Below, in pieces: positions 58,757 to 64,000 of a DNA stretch of 64,000 nt (position 1 is the stretch's first letter; the number at the start of each line of letters is the position of its first letter). A model generated the notes under the pieces. It worked only from the letters and a program-made list of their open reading frames with translations, was not told the origin of the DNA and searched no databases. Where the stretch lies: contig CAYGPJ010000006.1 in NCBI GenBank assembly GCA_964351865.1, positions 17,833 to 81,832 on the forward strand, written 5' to 3'. Source of the DNA: an uncultured Blastochloridaceae bacterium (GTDB taxonomy: Bacteria > Verrucomicrobiota > Verrucomicrobiia > Methylacidiphilales > JBCBYL01). The position numbers were made by a program, and so were the translations under genes.

Positions 58757-59047
58757 TTATTCCACGATTTTAGGCATCACGATTTCACCGTCGGCGGATT
58801 CCGGAGCATTGTTGAGGACTTTTTCAGTGGGCAGGCTGGGACGAGGAGTGTCTTCGCGCAAGTGATTGGCATCGTCTCCTGTGGCCAGATCGGCTTCAGT
58901 GACGGAGCTGATATCCGCCTGATCCAACTGCTGCACGTAGGCGACGATATCCTGCAACTGCCCCCCAAAAGCTTCTGCTTCTTTTTCGGTTAATTCGATA
59001 CGAGCCAGTTTGGCCACATAATGTACATCAATCTTCTCAACACTCAC
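58757..59047 (-). CDS. gatC: Asp/Glu-tRNA amidotransferase subunit C
   Basis: VAKLARI, LRED, NAP and PKIVE motifs; start reassigned to GTG 59047. Confidence 0.92.
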   Translation of the reverse strand: MSVEKIDVHYVAKLARIELTEKEAEAFGGQLQDIVAYVQQLDQADISSVTEADLATGDDANHLREDTPRPSLPTEKVLNNAPESADGEIVMPKIVE

Positions 59048-59228
59048 GATGAGAAGTTCTAATCCATCCTGAAAGCTCCCACAAGCGTTAATACGAGCAA
59101 TTCGGGACAAATATTTGGGGGCCAGAATCGAGTTTTCATGAAATAAGCAAAATATTTCATATGATAAGTCAACTATTCAAAAAACTAATATTAGTATTGT
59201 CAGGCAAAACTTGTGAGGATAGGGTGGA

Positions 59229-60374
59229 TTGGTGTTAAAAGCAGTTTTCCCCAAAGAGCAGGCAGGAGAAAATCGGGTAGCGCTGCTGCCCGAAGGTATT
59301 GCGCAGTGGCGCGAGTTACAGTTTGAAGTGATTGTTGAGACAGGCTTGGGTTCCGCATTGTCGATCCCTGATGAAGCATACACTCAGGCGGGAGCTACCA
59401 TGGTTTCAGATCGTCTGCAATTACTGGCCTGCGGAGATCTGATTCTGCAAGTCGGCAGTCGTCCAGTGGCAGAAATTATGTCGCTGCAAAAGAATGCGCT
59501 GCATATCAGCTTCCTGGATCCGTTTCGTCATCCGGAACAAGTGAAAGAATTCTGCCAGCAGCAAGTTGGGGCCATCAGTATGGAAATGATGCCGCGCTCT
59601 ACCATCGCCCAGAAAATGGACGCGCTGAGCTCTCAGGCAAACCTGGCGGGTTACGAGGCCGTGGTGCTCGCGGCTGAAAAGCTGAATCGCATTTTACCGA
59701 TGATGATGACGCCGGCTGGAACGCTTCAGCCATCGCGGGTTTTTGTGATCGGAGTCGGTGTCGCCGGACTGCAAGCGATAGCCACCGCCAGACGGCTAGG
59801 TGCCAGGGTGGAAGCCTTTGATACCCGCCCGGTGGTGGAGGAACAGGTTAAGTCGTTGGGCGCACGCTTTGTGAAAATTGATTTAGGTGAAACGGGCCAG
59901 ACTGAGCAAGGATATGCTCAGGAACTGACGCCAGAGCAGATTCAGAAACAGCAGGCAGGAATGGAGAAGGTTTGCCTAGCCTCGGATATCGTGATCACGA
60001 CAGCACAACTGTTCGGTCGACCCGCCCCGCGCCTGCTGACGCGTAAAGTGGTCGAGGCCATGCGTCCGGGTTCGGTGGTCATTGATATGGCAGCGAGTTC
60101 TGGAGGTAATGTGGAAGGATCCCTATTGGACGAAGAAGTGGAGGTGAATGGTACCAGGATATTAGGGCCGTCGAATCTGCCAGGTCGGGTAGCTTATCAT
60201 GCCAGTCAGATGTATGGAAATAATCTGATTCATCTGGTCGAGCATTTCTGGAAAGGGGATGTGCCTTGTCTGGAGGTTGATGCCAGCGATGAATTACTGG
60301 CAGGTTGTCTGGTCGCCTGGCAAGGCAAACCGGTCAACCAACGGGTCGCAGAGTTACTCAATAAGGAATCCTGA
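59229..60374 (+). CDS. pntA: NAD(P) transhydrogenase alpha subunit, part 1 (domain I)
   Basis: ENRVA, DALSSQANLAGY, GVGVAGL and GGN motifs. Confidence 0.95.
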   Translation: MVLKAVFPKEQAGENRVALLPEGIAQWRELQFEVIVETGLGSALSIPDEAYTQAGATMVSDRLQLLACGDLILQVGSRPVAEIMSLQKNALHISFLDPFRHPEQVKEFCQQQVGAISMEMMPRSTIAQKMDALSSQANLAGYEAVVLAAEKLNRILPMMMTPAGTLQPSRVFVIGVGVAGLQAIATARRLGARVEAFDTRPVVEEQVKSLGARFVKIDLGETGQTEQGYAQELTPEQIQKQQAGMEKVCLASDIVITTAQLFGRPAPRLLTRKVVEAMRPGSVVIDMAASSGGNVEGSLLDEEVEVNGTRILGPSNLPGRVAYHASQMYGNNLIHLVEHFWKGDVPCLEVDASDELLAGCLVAWQGKPVNQRVAELLNKES

Positions 60375-60375
60375 T

Positions 60376-60660
60376 ATGTTATTATTATTTGTCTTTGTAT
60401 TGTCTATTTTTCTGGGAGTGGAACTGATCAGTAAAGTTCCGTCGCAATTGCATACGCCGTTAATGTCGGGTTCGAATGCGATCTCCGGTATTACGATCGT
60501 CGGCGCATTGGTAGCTGCGGGCCATGTGGAATCGCCGGTGCTTTCGGTGATATTGGGGGTGGTGGCGGTGGTCTTAGCGACGATTAATGTAGTCGGTGGA
60601 TATCTGGTGACGGACCGCATGTTGAAAATGTTCAAACGTAAAGACGGGGGACGGAAATGA
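60376..60660 (+). CDS. pntA: NAD(P) transhydrogenase alpha subunit, part 2 (membrane)
   Basis: LHTPLMSGSNAISG and VTDRMLKMF motifs; start ATG 60376. Confidence 0.93.
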   Translation: MLLLFVFVLSIFLGVELISKVPSQLHTPLMSGSNAISGITIVGALVAAGHVESPVLSVILGVVAVVLATINVVGGYLVTDRMLKMFKRKDGGRK

Positions 60661-62030
60661 ATTTTCATCTGCAGCAGGGAATTGATTTAGCCTACATCAT
60701 TGCGGCGGTTTTGTTCATCTTCGGATTGAAGATGCTGGGCTCTGCCGATACGGCACGCCGTGGCAATGCTATTTCTGCACTCGGGATGTTGCTGGCGGTG
60801 GTGGCCACGTTGTTTAAGCAGGGGTTGGATTTTCAGTGGATCATCGCGGGAATTTTAGTGGGCTCGGTCATCGGGGCCGTCTTCGCGCTGCGAGTGAAAA
60901 TGACCGGCATGCCGGAAATGGTGGCGCTCTTTAACGGCTTCGGCGGAGCCGCCAGTATTATGGTAGGTTGGGCCGAATATGAAACCCGACCGGATCTGCC
61001 ACTACTGGTGGCGATACCGGTAGCACTGACGATAATTATCGGAGCCGTGACATTCAGCGGAAGCCTGGTGGCCTATGGAAAACTAGGCGGCGTGATCGAT
61101 GGTAAGCCGGTCCTTTATACGGGACAAAAGCCGATCAATGCGGTGTTGGTGCTGTTGACGCTGATCGTCGCTGGCATGTATGTCTGGAATCCGGATGGCA
61201 GCTACGTGGCATTCGGATTCGTTTTGGGATTGAGCTTATTGTTGGGTGTTTTGCTGACGATACCGATTGGTGGCGCGGATATGCCGGTGGTGATTGCCTT
61301 GTTGAATAGTTATTCCGGACTGGCAGCTTGCGCCGCCGGTTTCGTGATCATGAATAATGTACTGATCGTGTCTGGTGCGCTGGTAGGGGCAAGTGGACTG
61401 ATCCTGACTAATATCATGTGCAAAAGCATGAACCGCTCGCTGGCGAATGTGCTCTTCGGCGGGGTAGGTGCGACGGGATCTTCCGGCAGCAAGGTGGAAG
61501 GCGAAGCGAAACCGATCTCGGCGGAGGATGCTTATTTTGTGTTGGAAAATGCCGCTTCGGTAGTTGTGGTGCCAGGGTATGGTATGGCCGTGGCTCAGGC
61601 ACAACATGCGGTAAAAGAACTCGGCGTGCTGTTAGAAGAAAATGGAGCTGAAGTAAACTATGCGATTCATGCGGTGGCGGGACGCATGCCCGGGCATATG
61701 AATGTGTTGCTGGCAGAAGCAGACGTTCCTTATGAACAACTGGTGGAGACCGGTGATGTTAATCCACTGATGGCTTCGGTTGATGTTGCGATCGTGATCG
61801 GAGCCAATGACGTGGTCAACCCCGCAGCGCGTGAGGATGAGTCCAGCCCGATTTATGGCATGCCGATTATTAATGTCGACGAGGCGAAGACGGTCATTGT
61901 ATTGAAGCGATCCATGTCAGCCGGATTTGCCGGAGTGGATAATCCACTCTTCGTAGCGAAGAATACACGCATGCTGTTTGGAGATGCCAAACAGACGGTG
62001 CAGGCGCTGGTGTCGCAGTTTAAATCCTGA
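60657..62030 (+). CDS. pntB: NAD(P) transhydrogenase beta subunit
   Basis: IGGADMPVVI, VPGYGMAVAQAQ, GRMPGHMNVLLAEA and GANDVVNP motifs. Confidence 0.97.
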   Translation: MNFHLQQGIDLAYIIAAVLFIFGLKMLGSADTARRGNAISALGMLLAVVATLFKQGLDFQWIIAGILVGSVIGAVFALRVKMTGMPEMVALFNGFGGAASIMVGWAEYETRPDLPLLVAIPVALTIIIGAVTFSGSLVAYGKLGGVIDGKPVLYTGQKPINAVLVLLTLIVAGMYVWNPDGSYVAFGFVLGLSLLLGVLLTIPIGGADMPVVIALLNSYSGLAACAAGFVIMNNVLIVSGALVGASGLILTNIMCKSMNRSLANVLFGGVGATGSSGSKVEGEAKPISAEDAYFVLENAASVVVVPGYGMAVAQAQHAVKELGVLLEENGAEVNYAIHAVAGRMPGHMNVLLAEADVPYEQLVETGDVNPLMASVDVAIVIGANDVVNPAAREDESSPIYGMPIINVDEAKTVIVLKRSMSAGFAGVDNPLFVAKNTRMLFGDAKQTVQALVSQFKS

Positions 62031-62042
62031 AGCGGATCACTG

Positions 62043-62852
62043 CTATGCTTCGCCAAGTTCGCGTGAACGCTTAGCGGCTGCCTTGATGGTATTTTCTAAA
62101 ATCTGCGCCGCTTCGCCGTTTTCGAGCACATTCAGCCCGGCTTCGGTGGTGCCGCCTTTGCTTTTGACCTGTGCCACCAGTTCTTCCGGATCGAGGCCGG
62201 TGTGTTGCAGCATGCGTGCTGCTCCAATGGCCGTTCCCGTGGCAAAGGCGCGCGCGCGGTCTGGATGCAGGCCTTCACTTTTTGCCGCGGCTTCGAGGTA
62301 TTGAATAATCCGGTAAAAAAAGGCAGGACCGCTTCCGCTCAGTGCGGTTACGGCATCCATTTCCGATTCATTGACATGATGAACTTCGGCGACACTTTTA
62401 AACAGCAATGAGATCATATCCTCTTGCGGGATGCCGACCTGATCATTGCCACACCAGGCGACCACCCCGCTGCCGACCAGCAGGGGGGTATTAGGCATGA
62501 CGCGTATGACCGGACGATTTTCACCCAGATGGTGATGTAGTTTTTCCAGCGACACCCCGGCGGCAATGGAAATGATGGTGGTTTGTTCCGGCGCCTGTGC
62601 GACCAGTGGTAGAATATCATCTATGTTCTGAGGTTTAACCGCCAGCAAGATGCCATCCTGATGTTCGATGATTTTTTCAACCGAATCAGCCCAGCCTAAT
62701 GGCTTTGCGGGCGAGAGATCCAGAAATGCTTTTTGGCTTTGTTCATTCGGATCGGTGCCGGTGATGTTTTCAGGAGCGAGGCTGCCGTTTTTAAGGATTC
62801 CGCCCACAATGGCTTGTGCCATCCGTCCTGTGCCAATGATGCCTAATTTCAT
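62043..62852 (-). CDS. proC: Pyrroline-5-carboxylate reductase
   Basis: GTGRMA, AVKPQ, RVMPNTP, SGSGPA and SKGGTT motifs; start ATG 62852. Confidence 0.96.
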   Translation of the reverse strand: MKLGIIGTGRMAQAIVGGILKNGSLAPENITGTDPNEQSQKAFLDLSPAKPLGWADSVEKIIEHQDGILLAVKPQNIDDILPLVAQAPEQTTIISIAAGVSLEKLHHHLGENRPVIRVMPNTPLLVGSGVVAWCGNDQVGIPQEDMISLLFKSVAEVHHVNESEMDAVTALSGSGPAFFYRIIQYLEAAAKSEGLHPDRARAFATGTAIGAARMLQHTGLDPEELVAQVKSKGGTTEAGLNVLENGEAAQILENTIKAAAKRSRELGEA

Positions 62853-62921
62853 AAGAGAGCTACAAGTAACAGATCGCAATCAACTTTACCACTGAGAATA
62901 CGAAGACTTGTTGCGTAAGAC

Positions 62922-63296
62922 TCATGATTCCGGAATTTTCATCTCAAACTTCGGTAATCTGGCAGCAACCTGATGTCCGTCTTCGTCTTCTGCAAAATAA
63001 AGTCCGGCTGCGGTGCTGGAGGTATCGAGCAGATGATAGCTGTGATAGTGGTAACTTTCACCCGTTCCGAGTTCCGGAAATTCACCGACCACGCCATCGC
63101 CTTCAACGATCAATTTGTGGTTCTCGGCATTGGTGATCACCCATTTGCGTCCGGTGATGCGCAGACTGCGCAGGCTGTTGTTCCGAATGACGATGTAATA
63201 GACAAACTGGTGGGGACGGTGCGCCGGAGCACTGGAGGTCGGAACGTATTCAACCCGTACCAGTTCTGCGGTAAACCCTTCCAGTTCAGAATGCAT
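62922..63296 (-). CDS. apaG: ApaG domain protein
   Basis: RKWVIT, VEGDGVVGEFP and Y.Y.S motifs; start ATG 63296. Confidence 0.88.
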   Translation of the reverse strand: MHSELEGFTAELVRVEYVPTSSAPAHRPHQFVYYIVIRNNSLRSLRITGRKWVITNAENHKLIVEGDGVVGEFPELGTGESYHYHSYHLLDTSSTAAGLYFAEDEDGHQVAARLPKFEMKIPES

Positions 63297-63415
63297 GGGT
63301 GTGAGTCTATCGGAGCGGTTGGGGGGCAAGCAACTCTGAAAGTATTTTTGGAGTTCACTTATAATGAGCGAGACGATTTATAATCGCGTTATGCGGTTCA
63401 ATTTTGTAATTTTCA

Positions 63416-63757
63416 ATGATGACGAATACGAATGAACCAAACGTGATTCACCATCATCACTATGTGGCGAGTCCGACTCCGGATACGGCCATGTGGCTGG
63501 AACTGCTGCCGGGATTTTTCTTTCAGACCTTCGGCATTGGTAATCTCTATGCGGGCAACGTGGCGCTGGGTCTGATTCTGATGTTCAGCTATTGGGCGCT
63601 GAGTCTCGTTAATTTTTTCTTATGTTTTTTGTTGATTGGATTTCTGACCTGGCCGCTGACATTTGTCGCCTATATGATCATTGGCGCCATTACGGCGCGG
63701 TCTGCAGCCGAGAAAAAAGTTGAACAGGCATCCGCCTCATTACAGCGGCAGGCCTAA
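63416..63757 (+). CDS. Small membrane protein (TM2-like)
   Basis: LLPGFF..FGIGNLYAG followed by hydrophobic helices. Confidence 0.7.
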   Translation: MMTNTNEPNVIHHHHYVASPTPDTAMWLELLPGFFFQTFGIGNLYAGNVALGLILMFSYWALSLVNFFLCFLLIGFLTWPLTFVAYMIIGAITARSAAEKKVEQASASLQRQA

Positions 63758-64000
63758 GGCGCGTCCCATTGTGGCCAGTCGTTGGGTCAGCGGAATCATC
63801 TGATCGCCCGGCATGCAACCGGTGCCCATGATCAGTAAATGCAGCCAGCACATGGTGACCTGAGTCACGATCAATCCTTTCAAGTATGCCACACCAGTCG
63901 GCCAGTGATGACCGTCCAGGCCTCGGCGATCGCGCTGCCACATGTTGATGCAGACCACCACGGCTTGTAGGAAAGCGAACAGCAACCAGGCCAGCAAGTA
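63740..64000 (-). CDS. Partial hypothetical membrane protein (5' end outside the window)
   Basis: Hydrophobic open frame reaching the window edge. Confidence 0.45.
   Translation of the reverse strand, partial: YLLAWLLFAFLQAVVVCINMWQRDRRGLDGHHWPTGVAYLKGLIVTQVTMCWLHLLIMGTGCMPGDQMIPLTQRLATMGRALGLPL

Noticed and set aside
59229-60660. Split pntA as a frameshift
   Set aside because: The three-gene transhydrogenase arrangement (alpha1, alpha2, beta) is well established.

Overview
Core-chromosome window from a bacterium with roughly 50-55% GC by eye. The gene set (PVC-type TopB and PilB pair, OvoA-like methyltransferase, histone-like Lys/Ala proteins) suggests Verrucomicrobiota; this is inference. 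Positions 1-15 kb hold a succinate/propionate cluster on the minus strand: CoA-transferase, BirA, Na+-translocating methylmalonyl-CoA decarboxylase subunits, epimerase, MeaB, two-subunit B12 mutase, and a pyruvate/oxaloacetate carboxyltransferase lacking a biotin domain. The rest is mostly housekeeping: oppBC and peptidases, methyltransferases, phoH-HD-ybeY interrupted by a decayed nucleotidyltransferase module, dnaG-rpoD, aroB-dprA-topB, a short secretin-like gene with coaE-rho-galE-like-hprK-ptsH-ptsI, a second sigma70, tRNA-Leu(UAA), nrdR, a histone-like gene, rpoN, pilB-pilB-pilC, gatCAB, pntAB, proC and apaG. Three leads stand out. (1) A ~350-nt highly structured intergenic region with no ORF of 60 aa or more (about 50630-50978, minus strand), with its own promoter-like motif and 3' hairpin, which I cannot assign to a known RNA. 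(2) A GalE homologue lacking the catalytic YxxxK motif, placed directly upstream of hprK-ptsH-ptsI. (3) A possible hybrid transcarboxylase/Na+-pump complex. No CRISPR array, prophage or intact transposase was seen. All assignments come from motif recognition by eye; no database searches were run.
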